A stretch of 64,000 nucleotides of DNA from an uncultured cyanobacterium (GCA_963793425.1 CAWCAG010000005.1:1824001-1888000); one strand, 5' to 3'; numbered from the stretch's first letter, positions 40,983 through 51,625 are shown. Notes: generated by a model not told the origin, from the sequence alone. Program-made: numbers and translations.

Positions 40983-41086
40983 CGACCATAACCCAATTTG
41001 GAGGCTACACAAGTCTTCATCAAATTTTGATCTCACCAGAGTTGTTAAACTAGACAAACATGACATTCACGTTAAGGCAAAGCTCT

Positions 41087-41305
41087 ATGCTCAAAGACTC
41101 CCAGATTATTAGCATATCTCCTGAAGTTATGGGTGGGACTCCAGTTTTCGCTGGAACTAGAGTTCCTGTGCAGACGTTTCTAGACTATCTCAAAGCAGGG
41201 GAATCGATTAACGATTTTTTGGATGGATTTCCCAGCGTGACAAAAGCACAAGTTATTTCCTTTCTTGAAGAGGTGGGAAAGCAACTGGTTAATGCGATCA
41301 GCTAA
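41087..41305 (+). CDS. DUF433-family antitoxin-like protein (orphan)
   Basis: ISPEVMGGTPVFAGTRVPV...GESINDFLDGFPSV. Alternative start at 41060. Confidence 0.88.
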   Translation: MLKDSQIISISPEVMGGTPVFAGTRVPVQTFLDYLKAGESINDFLDGFPSVTKAQVISFLEEVGKQLVNAIS

Positions 41306-41332
41306 AATTTAATTTTTATACGAATAAGAGCT

Positions 41333-42547
41333 ATGTCTCTTCTAAACAACGCTATCGAGTCAATACAGGTAGGCGTAGAAGATTATCTTAATGGCGACAA
41401 AAAGAGATATCTATCTGCTGTAAGAAATATTTGTGCGGGGATTCTCCTTTTGTACAAAGAGAAGTTGTATCGGCTGTCTCCCTCACATGACAAGGAAGTT
41501 TTGATAAAAAAAGATATAAGACCAGTTTATGATGATGATACAAAGAATATCACTTTCATAGGTAAGGGGAAAAAAACAGTAGATGTTTACGAAATAAAAG
41601 AAAGATTTAAAAGCTTAGACATTGAAGTTGATTGGAAAAAGTTTGAGGAGCTAAATAAACTTCGCAACAATATAGAGCATTACTATACAGATAAATCCCC
41701 TGAAGCTATTCGAGAGGTCATTGTTACATCATTTCTTCTGATTCGAGATTTCATTAGTGAATCCTTAAAAGAAGAACCTATTAACGTTCTTGGAAAGGAA
41801 TGCTGGCAGGCATTGTTAGACACAACGAATGTATATCAGACAGAAGAAAAAGCTTGCAGACAAACATTTGAGAAATGTGGTTTTGATCCCCAGGTATTAG
41901 AGCAGATTCTAGAAAAAGCGAGGTGTCCGTTCTGTCATTCACGTTTGATTAAGGCTCAAAATAAACATAACACTTTTCACTCGTTGATTTGTTGCTCATG
42001 TAATGGGCCTCTTGAAATTGAAAATCCTATTAACGTTCTTGGAAAGGACTGCTGGCAGGCATCGTTAAACACACCAAATGTATATCAGACAGAAGAGAAA
42101 ACTTGCAGACAAACATTTGAGAAATGTGGTTTTGATCCCCAGGTATTAGAGCAGATTCTAGAAAAAATGGAGTGTTCGTTTTGTGGTTCACATTTGATTA
42201 AGGCTGAAGATGAATATGACGCTTTTAATTCGTTGATTTGTTGCTCATGTGATAAGCCTCTTGAAATTAAGGATGCAATAGAAGAAGAAACGCTGTCATA
42301 TGATGACTCCGAAACTGAAGGGAGTTTGGCATCCTGCAATAGTTGTAAAAGTACAGACTCTGTAGTAAAGCTAGACGACAAATGGATTTGTCTTTCCTGC
42401 AATACAATTCATGATGAAGCAGGGCCTTGCGGATACTGCCATGAGTTCATTGCAGGAGACTTGGAAGATACGTATTTGTCAGGTTGCCTAATGTGTGACG
42501 GACAGATGGGACACTACATGAATTCAAGTGCATACCGTGATGGCTGA
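41333..42547 (+). CDS. Putative HEPN-like domain protein with Cys-rich Zn-finger C-terminus
   Basis: Helical N-terminal domain with LRNNIEH (R-x4-H); many CxxC pairs; 83-aa internal duplication. Confidence 0.75.
   Translation: MSLLNNAIESIQVGVEDYLNGDKKRYLSAVRNICAGILLLYKEKLYRLSPSHDKEVLIKKDIRPVYDDDTKNITFIGKGKKTVDVYEIKERFKSLDIEVDWKKFEELNKLRNNIEHYYTDKSPEAIREVIVTSFLLIRDFISESLKEEPINVLGKECWQALLDTTNVYQTEEKACRQTFEKCGFDPQVLEQILEKARCPFCHSRLIKAQNKHNTFHSLICCSCNGPLEIENPINVLGKDCWQASLNTPNVYQTEEKTCRQTFEKCGFDPQVLEQILEKMECSFCGSHLIKAEDEYDAFNSLICCSCDKPLEIKDAIEEETLSYDDSETEGSLASCNSCKSTDSVVKLDDKWICLSCNTIHDEAGPCGYCHEFIAGDLEDTYLSGCLMCDGQMGHYMNSSAYRDG
41777..42274 (+). repeat. In-frame tandem duplication, 2 x 249 bp
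   Basis: CCTATTAACGTTCTTGGAAAGGA begins at both 41777 and 42026; long identical central block encoding CRQTFEKCGFDPQVLEQILEK. Confidence 0.95.
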
Positions 42548-42622
42548 GATATTTGCAGCAGATGTAGCACAATTATAAGGTACATCAAGTGTGAGTTTTC
42601 TGGAATCGCAAAAATATTCGGC

Positions 42623-43069
42623 ATGAAAGTAGTTTTATCATCTAAAACGCCTGTCTTTGCTGTAAGACTCAATAATGAATATCGCGCTGGATTAGAACTA
42701 GAAAGTAGACGCTACATTCATAATTTCTCATTTAAGACGCTGCTAGATGCAGTGGATTTTGCTTTCAAGATATTGGAAGTGGGAAAAGTAGATTTGCGGT
42801 ATTGGGAAATAGCTGATAAATACGATTTGTGGAATCAATTTTTAATTCGTGATTATGGTAAAAAAGATCGAAATTGTAAAGCGCATATTTGGGATGGACT
42901 TGATACATTGTGCAAAATGTGGAGTACTGGTGGTCTTGGATACAAATATGATCTTTTCAAGACTGATTTAAACAGAGATATTTGTAATATGTGCTTTAAC
43001 AAATTGAGGCGGAAGTCAGCAAAACTATTTAAACTAAAGGAGTCAAATCATGAATACAGCCAAAATTAG
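42623..43069 (+). CDS. Hypothetical protein with possible C-terminal metal site (H..C..CxxC)
   Basis: 148-aa ORF with KAHIWDGLDTLCKMW...ICNMC. Confidence 0.65.
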   Translation: MKVVLSSKTPVFAVRLNNEYRAGLELESRRYIHNFSFKTLLDAVDFAFKILEVGKVDLRYWEIADKYDLWNQFLIRDYGKKDRNCKAHIWDGLDTLCKMWSTGGLGYKYDLFKTDLNRDICNMCFNKLRRKSAKLFKLKESNHEYSQN

Positions 43070-43151
43070 CACTGATGGCAACCATCAAATCGTCATATTA
43101 CCCATGGATCAATTAGAAGCGATTTTTAAGACAATTAATTCCCCAATTTGA
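43050..43151 (+). pseudogene. AbrB/VapB-type antitoxin N-terminal remnant
   Basis: AAGGAG RBS, MNTAKISTDGNHQIVILP, then unrelated sequence and a stop at codon 34. Confidence 0.65.
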
Positions 43152-43166
43152 GGAAGAAAAACTAAA

Positions 43167-44687
43167 TCACACTAATCCCAAACGCTTCAGCAACGGTAAA
43201 CGAGTCTTGCCAAATTCTTCAATCTGCTCTTTTAACTCCGCCTGATTTGCCTCTGGAGAATCGAGAGGTTTACCCTCTTTAATCAACCTTTCTCCTTGAA
43301 CCTGCAAAATATTCCAGATAAACTGTACCGGCTCTCCCTTACGCAAATGTGCCAGCAACAGCAGTTGCTCGGAGCGACTAATATCGATACCACTTCCTGT
43401 TGTTGGTGAGGCGAGAATTTGTGTATCTGCCCCAAACCTAGCCCGCTTCAGGACAGCAGCATTAAACTTAGCAACAGACTCTTTGCGCTCATCCTCCCCT
43501 TCCTCTGGCAAAGCAGGAGCAGCACTATAATTAGTTATTAGTATTTTCAGTGCTTGCACAATAGAAGCAAAATCTAGCTTTGTTAAAGCAGGTTGCCTCA
43601 TCAGCTCTCTGAGGGTTTGGGGGCGCTCTGCTAATGCAGCAATTAGAGGTTGATAGATTTTTTCATCTAGCTTAATCTGGCGACCAACTAGGTCGATTTC
43701 ATATTCAATATCCTCTGGCTCTACAACTAGAGCAAAGCGAAAATTACTCAGCAGTTCAACTTGTTCTAAAGCTGGTAGTTTAATTGGCCCTTTAATATAA
43801 AGGTCTCTACGAAAGCGAGTATTAAACAAAAAGTCACGGATAGTTTGACGCAGGGTTATATCTGTTGTCTCTGCCAAGAGATTTAACTGACCTTCATTAA
43901 GTTTGAGATCATGAAATTGATCATCAATATCTGCTGAGGTAGCAAAGGTAAGTTTAGCCTCAGCCAGTTGCTGGGCCACTTCAAAATGGTATAAAGGTCG
44001 CCAATTATTGTTGAAGTATTCATGGGCCAGGTAATTTCGGGAATCTCCCTGCATCTCTTTTAAATCTTGCTTAACCACAGGATTTTCCAGGAAGTATCTG
44101 GCTTTGAGGGCTTGAAGTTGCTTAGCAAATTCTAGTCCTTTTTCTACCTTCTCAATACTTGAATCACTGGTGCTACCTGCATATTGAACCATAAGCTCCC
44201 TTAAAGGCATGATCGCTGACCAACCCGGCAAGGTGTTGTGGCTGAGATAAACAGCACCTCCAAATTTTAATTTTTGTCGGAGTAAGTCAACCAGAGTACG
44301 TCGATTATCATCATTAATCCAGGAATACACGCCATGTAAGGTGATGAAGTCAAATTGAGGTGTATTTGCTTGGAGAAACTCGGCAAAACTATGATCACAG
44401 AAGTGGATATTCTTGAGGTTAGCAGCTTCAGCGAGACGCTGTGCCTCTGCTGTATGGGTGGGGTTGAAGTCGATGCCCCAGAATTCACTCTGGGGGTTAG
44501 CAGCCGCCAGAACATTTGTTGTGAACCCTTGGCCACAGCCTAACTCACAGTAAGTAATTTTTTCTAGGGATGGATTCCAAAACCGACTATCTAGAAGGTT
44601 GAAAGCGATGTTAATGGGTGCGAGTTCGGGAAAAAAACTATAATCATAGCTGATATCAGAAACGTAACCCTGAGTCCAATCTTCCAT
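43167..44687 (-). CDS. Class I SAM-dependent methyltransferase with methyltransferase regulatory domain
   Basis: WTQGYVSDISY, ELGCGQG, FDFITLHGVYSW, YLAHEYFN, FRRDLY. ATG at 44687 preferred over TTG 44705. Confidence 0.88.
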   Translation of the reverse strand: MEDWTQGYVSDISYDYSFFPELAPINIAFNLLDSRFWNPSLEKITYCELGCGQGFTTNVLAAANPQSEFWGIDFNPTHTAEAQRLAEAANLKNIHFCDHSFAEFLQANTPQFDFITLHGVYSWINDDNRRTLVDLLRQKLKFGGAVYLSHNTLPGWSAIMPLRELMVQYAGSTSDSSIEKVEKGLEFAKQLQALKARYFLENPVVKQDLKEMQGDSRNYLAHEYFNNNWRPLYHFEVAQQLAEAKLTFATSADIDDQFHDLKLNEGQLNLLAETTDITLRQTIRDFLFNTRFRRDLYIKGPIKLPALEQVELLSNFRFALVVEPEDIEYEIDLVGRQIKLDEKIYQPLIAALAERPQTLRELMRQPALTKLDFASIVQALKILITNYSAAPALPEEGEDERKESVAKFNAAVLKRARFGADTQILASPTTGSGIDISRSEQLLLLAHLRKGEPVQFIWNILQVQGERLIKEGKPLDSPEANQAELKEQIEEFGKTRLPLLKRLGLV

Positions 44688-44765
44688 TTCTTGTATCAAT
44701 CCCAACCAGTACCATACAAATCAAGTTTACGATGCTGCCCCCAACTGTACTCGCAAAAAAACTGA

Positions 44766-46238
44766 TCATTGATCATTGTTCATTGAAATAGCTGGCTTGC
44801 TAAAATGCCAATCAGTACATTGCTCATAGGCATAAGCAACTTGCAGTAATAAATCTTCTCGCAGCACTTTACCAATAAATTGCATCCCTATGGGTAATCC
44901 CCGTTGATCAAAGCCACAAGGTATGCTGAGGGCTGGTAAGCCAGCTAAATTGACAGGAATGGTCATTAAATCCGAAGCATACATACTTAAAGGATCGGTG
45001 GTTTTTTCCCCAGCTTTAAAGGCGGTGGTGGGGGAAGTAGGGCAAACTAAAACATCAACTTTTTCAAAAGCTGCTTCAAAATCTTGCTTGATTAAAGTAC
45101 GAACTTTTTGCGCCTTAAGATAATAAGCATCGTAATAACCAGCGGAAAGGGCATAGGTTCCGAGCATTATTCGCCGTTTAACTTCTGTCCCAAATCCTTC
45201 CGCCCTAGTTTTGGTATACATATCAAGGAGATTATCAGCATCGCTGCGTATGCCATATTTAACAGCGTCGTAGCGGGCTAAGTTAGCAGAAGCTTCACTA
45301 GGGGCAATAATATAGTAAGCTGGCAAGCCGTAACGAAAACGAGGACAGGAAATTACTTGAATTTCTGCTCCTAATTCTTGCAACTTTTCAATGGCAGTTT
45401 TGACAGCTTCTTCTACGTCTGAATCTACGGCGCTACCAAAGGTTTCTTTAATTACGCCAATTCTCAATCTTCCTTTGGGCTGAAAGTTAGGTTTGAGTAA
45501 ATTGCTATAGTCGGGAATTTCCACCTTCAAACTAGTGGAGTCCATAGGATCGTAACCGGCGATCGCCCTCAACAAAATAGCAGCATCATCAACGCAGGTG
45601 GCTAAAGGGCCAATCTGATCCAAAGAAGAAGCATAGGCAACTAAACCGTAACGGGAAACTAAACCATAGGTAGGCTTCATACCAATTACCCCACACAAGG
45701 AGGCTGGCTGGCGAATGGAGCCTCCTGTATCAGAGCCAAGGGCTACCACACATTCTTGTGCCGCTACCGCTGCTGCTGAGCCTCCTGAAGAGCCTCCTGG
45801 TACTCGTGATAAATCCCAAGGATTGCTAGTAGTTTGGTAGCCAGAGTTTTCTGTGGAACTACCCATGGCAAATTCATCTAAGTTGGTTTTGCCCACCATA
45901 ACAGCCCCCGCATTCTTTAATTTTCGGGTAACTGTTGATTCGTAAGCAGGGACAAAGTTTTTTAAGATTTGGGAAGCGCAGGTAGTCGGAATACCTTGGG
46001 TACACATATTGTCCTTGATCCCAATAGGAATTCCTGCTAGTAAGCTGATTTCTTCCCCAGCAGCAATTTTTGCATCCACTTGTTTGGCCGTTTCCAGGGC
46101 TAAATCTGCTGTTATGCACAAAAAGCTTTGGAGTTTTGGTTCTATTTCCTGTATATACTCCAATGTTTCTGTGGTAACTTCAACTGCTGAGCGTTCTTTA
46201 CGAACCAGTTGTTTGTGCAACTCGCGAATGGATGCCAT
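44766..46238 (-). CDS. gatA: Glu/Asp-tRNA amidotransferase subunit A
   Basis: [37 protein letters not shown]. Confidence 0.97.
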   Translation of the reverse strand: MASIRELHKQLVRKERSAVEVTTETLEYIQEIEPKLQSFLCITADLALETAKQVDAKIAAGEEISLLAGIPIGIKDNMCTQGIPTTCASQILKNFVPAYESTVTRKLKNAGAVMVGKTNLDEFAMGSSTENSGYQTTSNPWDLSRVPGGSSGGSAAAVAAQECVVALGSDTGGSIRQPASLCGVIGMKPTYGLVSRYGLVAYASSLDQIGPLATCVDDAAILLRAIAGYDPMDSTSLKVEIPDYSNLLKPNFQPKGRLRIGVIKETFGSAVDSDVEEAVKTAIEKLQELGAEIQVISCPRFRYGLPAYYIIAPSEASANLARYDAVKYGIRSDADNLLDMYTKTRAEGFGTEVKRRIMLGTYALSAGYYDAYYLKAQKVRTLIKQDFEAAFEKVDVLVCPTSPTTAFKAGEKTTDPLSMYASDLMTIPVNLAGLPALSIPCGFDQRGLPIGMQFIGKVLREDLLLQVAYAYEQCTDWHFSKPAISMNNDQ

Positions 46239-46427
46239 GCTTATTCCTTGCTTGTTCCTTTTAAAAGAATATCTAAAATCCGGCTAAATATTCATGATAT
46301 TAGGTCAAGGGTTAGTTATTGTCTGCCCTCTGAGAGGAAAACGACTTAACCCTTGAAAATAAAAGCTTTCCCATCTAGTAAAAATGAGAAAGCTTTTTTA
46401 GGGTATTTTTTCCCGATTTGTTATAAG

Positions 46428-46501
46428 TCGGAGCGGCGGGATTTGAACCCACGACCCCCACTACCCCAAAGTGGTGCGCTACCAAGCTGCGCTACGCCCC
46501 G
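46428..46501 (-). tRNA. trnP: tRNA-Pro (GGG); CCA not encoded
   Basis: CGGGGCGTAGCGCAGCTTGGTAGCGCA-CCACT-TTGGGGT-AGTGG-GGGTC-GTGGGTTCAAATCCCGC-CGCTCCGA cloverleaf. Confidence 0.97.
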
Positions 46502-46587
46502 TTTTTCTAGTCCTTTGTTATTGTAGCACGAGAGATTAAACTAGCAATTATTCTAGGTTGAAAAAATCTTTATATGAGTAGAAAATT

Positions 46588-47100
46588 ATGGAAGAGCAAT
46601 TTACTTGGGAAGCTAACAGCAATGACCCTCAAGGGGCAGAAAATTTTGCTACTATTAGCCAATGGTGGGAAAGCTTAGGAGAGATTGCCTGGGCCCAAAG
46701 ATTAATCCCGGAAAGTGGCAGTCTGAGTGATATCAATTGGGAAAAACAGAAGTTTGATGAAAAGTTAACTATTGAAAATCCTCAAGTTCGTGGTATTACT
46801 TTGTATTGGCGCAAATCTGGTGCTGAAGATGAGCGCAATATGACTCCCCGCCAGCTGACTTTTGACCCCAAAAATCAGAAACTTTATGTCTATCCACAAT
46901 CTCAACCTCAAATTGTGATCCGCATCGCTAATCCTCAGCTTATTTATCAAAAAATTGAACTAAAAGATCCCCAATTTGTGGGGGATAAAGTGGGAGAGAA
47001 TTTTGTTTTTTTGATGCGAGATAAAAAACAGCAACTGGATATTAAAGTTACCCTCACGCCGATGGCTTTAGAGCAGTTCAAGTCTAATTTACCCGACTAA
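46588..47100 (+). CDS. Hypothetical protein
   Basis: 170-aa Trp-rich ORF with normal codon style. Confidence 0.8.
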   Translation: MEEQFTWEANSNDPQGAENFATISQWWESLGEIAWAQRLIPESGSLSDINWEKQKFDEKLTIENPQVRGITLYWRKSGAEDERNMTPRQLTFDPKNQKLYVYPQSQPQIVIRIANPQLIYQKIELKDPQFVGDKVGENFVFLMRDKKQQLDIKVTLTPMALEQFKSNLPD

Positions 47101-47104
47101 TTAT

Positions 47105-47599
47105 TTAGTTTGGGAGACTAAACTGCTGTACTTTTTCTACTTCTGTGCGGACATCAGCAATAGGAACCAGTCTTCCTAGGGTAGTATAAAAACTGTTACC
47201 AGTTTTGGTAGTGGTTGCTCTTTCCGGGAAGCGGGTAATGTTAGCAACAAACCAATCTCTTGTTGTCGGCATAGGTAGCAGGTAAAGAGTGCCAGGAATA
47301 ACGAAGTAGTAAAAAATCCAGTCGGCTTCAGTATAAAGAAAGCAGCCGGGAGTTTCTTTTTCCTGGTTACTGTGGGTTTCAAAGAAAAAGTTGCCTGTTT
47401 TATGGTAGCGATCGCCTTTTATCTCAATTTTGTAGGAACCTTTTTTTGTATTTAGGATTAAATCCACATCTACTTTTTGATACAGAGGATCATCTTCTAC
47501 ATTAACGACACTAAGAGTTTGAGAGATACTCCGCAGCCAGGTTTCAATGTCTCTGGTTGCTTGTCTGGCAACTTTTGCACCATCGCTCATACTGTACAT
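47105..47599 (-). CDS. Hypothetical protein, PD-(D/E)XK nuclease-like
   Basis: YQKVDVDLI...KIEIKGD...TGNFFFE pattern. Confidence 0.7.
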   Translation of the reverse strand: MYSMSDGAKVARQATRDIETWLRSISQTLSVVNVEDDPLYQKVDVDLILNTKKGSYKIEIKGDRYHKTGNFFFETHSNQEKETPGCFLYTEADWIFYYFVIPGTLYLLPMPTTRDWFVANITRFPERATTTKTGNSFYTTLGRLVPIADVRTEVEKVQQFSLPN

Positions 47600-47672
47600 A
47601 AGTTTACTCCTAAGAAAAGGGATATAATCAAAATTCTTGGGCAGTTATTAAGTAGTAAACTTCAAAATTAAC

Positions 47673-48677
47673 ATGGCTAAAAAGCGAGTATTTTCTGGCA
47701 TTCAACCTACCGGAAACCCCCATTTAGGTAACTATTTTGGAGCAATTCGTAATTGGGTTGAATTACAGAGTGATTATGAAAACTTTTTTAGTGTGGTGGA
47801 TTTACACGCGATTACTGTCCCCCATGATCCTAAACGTCTGGCAGAAGATACATTAGATATTGCTGCTATTTGTCTTGCTTGTGGCATTGATCTTTCTTGT
47901 TCAACCTTTTTTATTCAATCTCAAGTTTCTGCCCATAGTGAGTTAACTTGGTTACTTAATTGCATTACTCCCCTTAACTGGTTAGAAAGAATGATTCAGT
48001 TTAAGGAAAAAGCCCTTAAGCAAGGAGAAAATGTTAGCGTCGGTTTGTTAGATTATCCGGTGCTGATGGCGGCAGATATTTTACTTTACGATACAGATAA
48101 AGTACCTGTAGGCGAAGATCAAAAACAGCATTTAGAATTAACTCGTGACATTGCCATTAGAATTAATGATCGTTTTGGTAAGAAGAAGAAACCGATTTTA
48201 AAACTTCCTGAATCTTTAATTCGTAAAGAAGGGGCGAGGATCATGAGTTTAAGCGATGGTACGAAGAAGATGTCTAAATCTGATCCTTCAGATTTGAGTC
48301 GCATCAACCTTCTTGATCCCCCGGAAGTAATTACTAAAAAAATTAAACGCTCAAAAACTGACCCCATTAAAGGTTTAACTTTTGATAATTCTGAAAGACC
48401 AGAATGCCACAATCTTTTAACTCTTTATACCCTACTTTCGGGGCAAACTAAAGAAGCGGTAGCCGCAGAAGCTGAAGGTATGGGTTGGGGGCAATTTAAA
48501 CCTCTATTAACAGAGGCTGCGATCGCAACTTTACAACCAATCCAAACAAAGTATGGAGAGATTAAGCAAGAGAAAGGTTATTTGCAATCTATTTTACAAG
48601 AAGGACAACAAAAAGCAGAAACAGTAGCACAAGCAACTCTTATTCGAGTCAAGGAAGCTTTAGGTTTTGCTTGTTAA
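47673..48677 (+). CDS. trpS: Tryptophan--tRNA ligase
   Basis: SGIQPTGNPHLGNY, VPVGEDQKQH, KMSKS. Confidence 0.98.
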   Translation: MAKKRVFSGIQPTGNPHLGNYFGAIRNWVELQSDYENFFSVVDLHAITVPHDPKRLAEDTLDIAAICLACGIDLSCSTFFIQSQVSAHSELTWLLNCITPLNWLERMIQFKEKALKQGENVSVGLLDYPVLMAADILLYDTDKVPVGEDQKQHLELTRDIAIRINDRFGKKKKPILKLPESLIRKEGARIMSLSDGTKKMSKSDPSDLSRINLLDPPEVITKKIKRSKTDPIKGLTFDNSERPECHNLLTLYTLLSGQTKEAVAAEAEGMGWGQFKPLLTEAAIATLQPIQTKYGEIKQEKGYLQSILQEGQQKAETVAQATLIRVKEALGFAC

Positions 48678-48697
48678 ATTCCCTGCGAGGCTAATGT

Positions 48698-49321
48698 TCA
48701 ACGATTTTCCGCTACTTCTTTCAATTTCAGATAAAACTCTGAAGCATCGGGAGATGGGTTAAATTGATCGATAGGACTTGGAGAGGTTTCTTCTTGGGGA
48801 GATGTTTCTATGGTTAGAGAAGAAGGCACTTTGATTTGTTCTTCTTCAGTTAGTTGTTTAATCTCAACATTAGGAGATATAACCGCTTTCTGTCTATTTC
48901 CGTTAGATTTAATTACTGCTTTGGTAGTTGATTTTGGTTTGGAGGCAGGAGAATAAGTCCTGGGCTGGCTTTTTTCACTAACCAAACAAGTAATAGCCCC
49001 CAACTTCCCTTGGTTAGATCCCGGAGTAGCAACTAAATCTCTGGGCAACTTACGACAAATTAAGGCTTCAAATTCATGGTTGAAATGGTAGGTAGCTTGG
49101 CCTTTACGTTGCCACAGTTGTAAAATTTGCTCAACAGAAATAGATTTGTAGCGTCCTTGGTATAAAGATTCTATAACAGCTAAACGTATCCAACTCCCTT
49201 GATATTTTTCTCGCCATTGTTTGACTAAATCCTGTGCTGGATATCCTCTCATCTCAAACCCGTAGTGGCTAAGTAAAGCCTCTGCTTGGGTAAGTTTTGA
49301 GTCTATTTGTGGCTCTGTCAT
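48698..49321 (-). CDS. Hypothetical protein
   Basis: WIRLAVIESLYQGRYKSISVEQIL block and FYLKLK C-terminus, typical of a cyanobacterial family. Confidence 0.8.
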   Translation of the reverse strand: MTEPQIDSKLTQAEALLSHYGFEMRGYPAQDLVKQWREKYQGSWIRLAVIESLYQGRYKSISVEQILQLWQRKGQATYHFNHEFEALICRKLPRDLVATPGSNQGKLGAITCLVSEKSQPRTYSPASKPKSTTKAVIKSNGNRQKAVISPNVEIKQLTEEEQIKVPSSLTIETSPQEETSPSPIDQFNPSPDASEFYLKLKEVAENR

Positions 49322-49570
49322 GAAATTTCACTTAGGATACCAAGTTGGGAATTAGTGAGGTGTGAAGAAGATAGTTTTTTTATATCCCGCGTCCTTACTA
49401 TTGTCAATATTGAGGAAAAGTGCTAGCAATGTCTAAAGTTATTAAGTGAATACGCTTTAAGATGAGTAACTTTAAATTAAATACGATAACGAGGAAGATA
49501 GTTTCCGAGATTCTCTCAGTGGAGAGCTAACATCTTATCCTAATCTCTGCCCCTTTCCCTCTTCACTAAG

Positions 49571-51625
49571 TTAGGTAGTAGCACTAATATAGGGAGAGTC
49601 GAAACTTTTAACTTGACCTCGATATACCAATCCTTGATAAACCATAGCCGTAGCTTCCCCCCTAGTTACTTCCCTAAGATCGTCTATTTGTTTAGGATCA
49701 GGGTAGTTAACGACAATTTTAGCTTTCGTGGCTGCTGCGGCCGCAGCTAAGGCATAGGGAGCTATATTATAACCATCTTCGTAGTAGTCAAGAATTTCTT
49801 CATCAGCCTGGGGCAAAGCTAAACCACTAGCCAAAGAAACAATTAAATGGATGCGACGCAGATTTTGATTAGGATGAAAAGTCTGGTCAGGGAAGCCAGA
49901 AATAAACCCTGCCCGGTAAGCTTGTTGAATGGCATTACTGCCCCAAAAATCGTAGGGAACATCAATAAATTGAGTAGCAGGGCGAATAGGTTGAGGATTG
50001 AAAACACTAACCAATAAAGCAGCATATTGGGCGCGGTTTATGAAGGTATCGGGTTTATAACTACCATCAGCCAAGCCCCTAACCAGATTCATTTCCCCAA
50101 GGCGAGTAATAAATTCCTTAGCCCAATGTTGTTGAATATCACTGAAGGAAGGAAGATCCAGGTCTGAAGTAACAATATAAGGAGAATTAGTTACTTCTGC
50201 TGTCCCGGTTGTCACTAAAGCTTGATAAATCAAAGCTGCTACTTCCGCCCTGGTAATATCTCGCAGGGGTTCCAAACGTGAAGTTTGGGGATAGTTAACC
50301 ACCAAACCCCTTTGGGTAGCAGTGGCTAAAGCATTGGTAGCATAACTGGGAATTGCGGCGCGATCGCCATAGGACAAAAGGAGGTTAGGATTGCCCCCCA
50401 CTAACCCCAAACCGCTGACTAAGGAGACAATGGCCTGAATCCTGGTTAAATTATTTTGGGGGCGAAATGTCCCATCAGGAAAGCCAGAAATAAAGCCCAT
50501 TGCTGCCGCTTTTTGAATGGCATTAATAGCCCAAAAATCACTCTGGACATCCTTTAACCAAGTTCCCGCAGCAACTTTCCGGGGCAAATCAAAGCTTTTG
50601 GCAATTAAAGCCGCATATTCTGCCCTAGTTAAGCTTGCTTGGGGGCGAAATGTCCCATCAGGAAAACCACTAATGCTCCCTCGATCTACTAACTTGGAAA
50701 TAAAAGTTTCTGCCCAATGTCCAGAAATATCCCTGAAGTTGCTAGGGCCTAACCTCGATCCTACCTTGGTGGCGACAAAAGATACTTCTCCTTTTACCTT
50801 CGCGGGATTAAGTTGATTCCCTACTGAAATAAGATTAAGTTTAGTCTCTTGACGCAAATCAGGAGTATTATCCCGAAGAATATTTCCGGCAGGATCTTGA
50901 GAATTGCCAAAATCAGGTTGGGCATCCCCGGTAACTACCAAACCTCCGCTACTATTTTTCTCTATCAAATTGCGACGTAGTACAGGACGGCTGTGGCGAG
51001 AAAGATAAATACCAATACGATTATTAATTAATTTATTTTCCGCAATTAAAGGAGCGCTATGATCACTTAAAGTAATACCGTAACCCGTTTCTTGGAAAGC
51101 ATTACGCCGCACTTCTCCTTTGGCATTACGGACTAAAAATATGCCCGCAGAGGCATTGCCAATAAAAAGATTATCTTGAATAACTGGCTTACTTTTACCT
51201 GTAACAAAAATCCCCTCACGACCACAATTTGTAAAGGTGTTGCGGGCAATAAAAGGAGAAGCTGATTCAAGCCAAACTCCTGTCCCTTTATTAGCTTGAT
51301 TGGTAACTGTTATCCCCCTCAACTGGGCTTCGTCTTCCAATAACAGCAAGACATTTTGCCTCTGAAAAGTGGGACTATTATACTGACCACTGCCGGAAAT
51401 AATTACCCCTCTCCCTTCAACAGACTCATTACCTAAAACAGCAATACCTTTAGGAATCTTGAGGGGAAACACTTCCCCATTGGCTATGTCATAGGTTCCC
51501 GCAGCCAACTGAATCGCTGTTTCTCCAATACTCCGACTCAAGGCTTTAGTTAAGGTTTTCAAAGGAGAAACAGCACTACCAACGGCATTATCTTTACCTG
51601 TAGCGGGGTTAACGTAAATAGTCAC
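49571..51625 (-). CDS. DUF1565/beta-helix protein with SLH domains
   Basis: IYVNPATGKD, GTYDIANGEVFPL, beta-helix repeats, two SLH blocks (FRDISGHWA, FSDIQQHWA). Confidence 0.9.
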   Translation of the reverse strand: MTIYVNPATGKDNAVGSAVSPLKTLTKALSRSIGETAIQLAAGTYDIANGEVFPLKIPKGIAVLGNESVEGRGVIISGSGQYNSPTFQRQNVLLLLEDEAQLRGITVTNQANKGTGVWLESASPFIARNTFTNCGREGIFVTGKSKPVIQDNLFIGNASAGIFLVRNAKGEVRRNAFQETGYGITLSDHSAPLIAENKLINNRIGIYLSRHSRPVLRRNLIEKNSSGGLVVTGDAQPDFGNSQDPAGNILRDNTPDLRQETKLNLISVGNQLNPAKVKGEVSFVATKVGSRLGPSNFRDISGHWAETFISKLVDRGSISGFPDGTFRPQASLTRAEYAALIAKSFDLPRKVAAGTWLKDVQSDFWAINAIQKAAAMGFISGFPDGTFRPQNNLTRIQAIVSLVSGLGLVGGNPNLLLSYGDRAAIPSYATNALATATQRGLVVNYPQTSRLEPLRDITRAEVAALIYQALVTTGTAEVTNSPYIVTSDLDLPSFSDIQQHWAKEFITRLGEMNLVRGLADGSYKPDTFINRAQYAALLVSVFNPQPIRPATQFIDVPYDFWGSNAIQQAYRAGFISGFPDQTFHPNQNLRRIHLIVSLASGLALPQADEEILDYYEDGYNIAPYALAAAAAATKAKIVVNYPDPKQIDDLREVTRGEATAMVYQGLVYRGQVKSFDSPYISATT

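Noticed and set aside
40977..41078. attC-like TAAC...GTT boxes after xisI suggesting an integron cassette
   Set aside because: No convincing complementary inner boxes, not repeated between other genes, and no integrase in the window.
46428..46501. tRNA-Pro as the integration site of the accessory patch
   Set aside because: gatA and the methyltransferase lie between them, and no duplicated tRNA 3' end was found.
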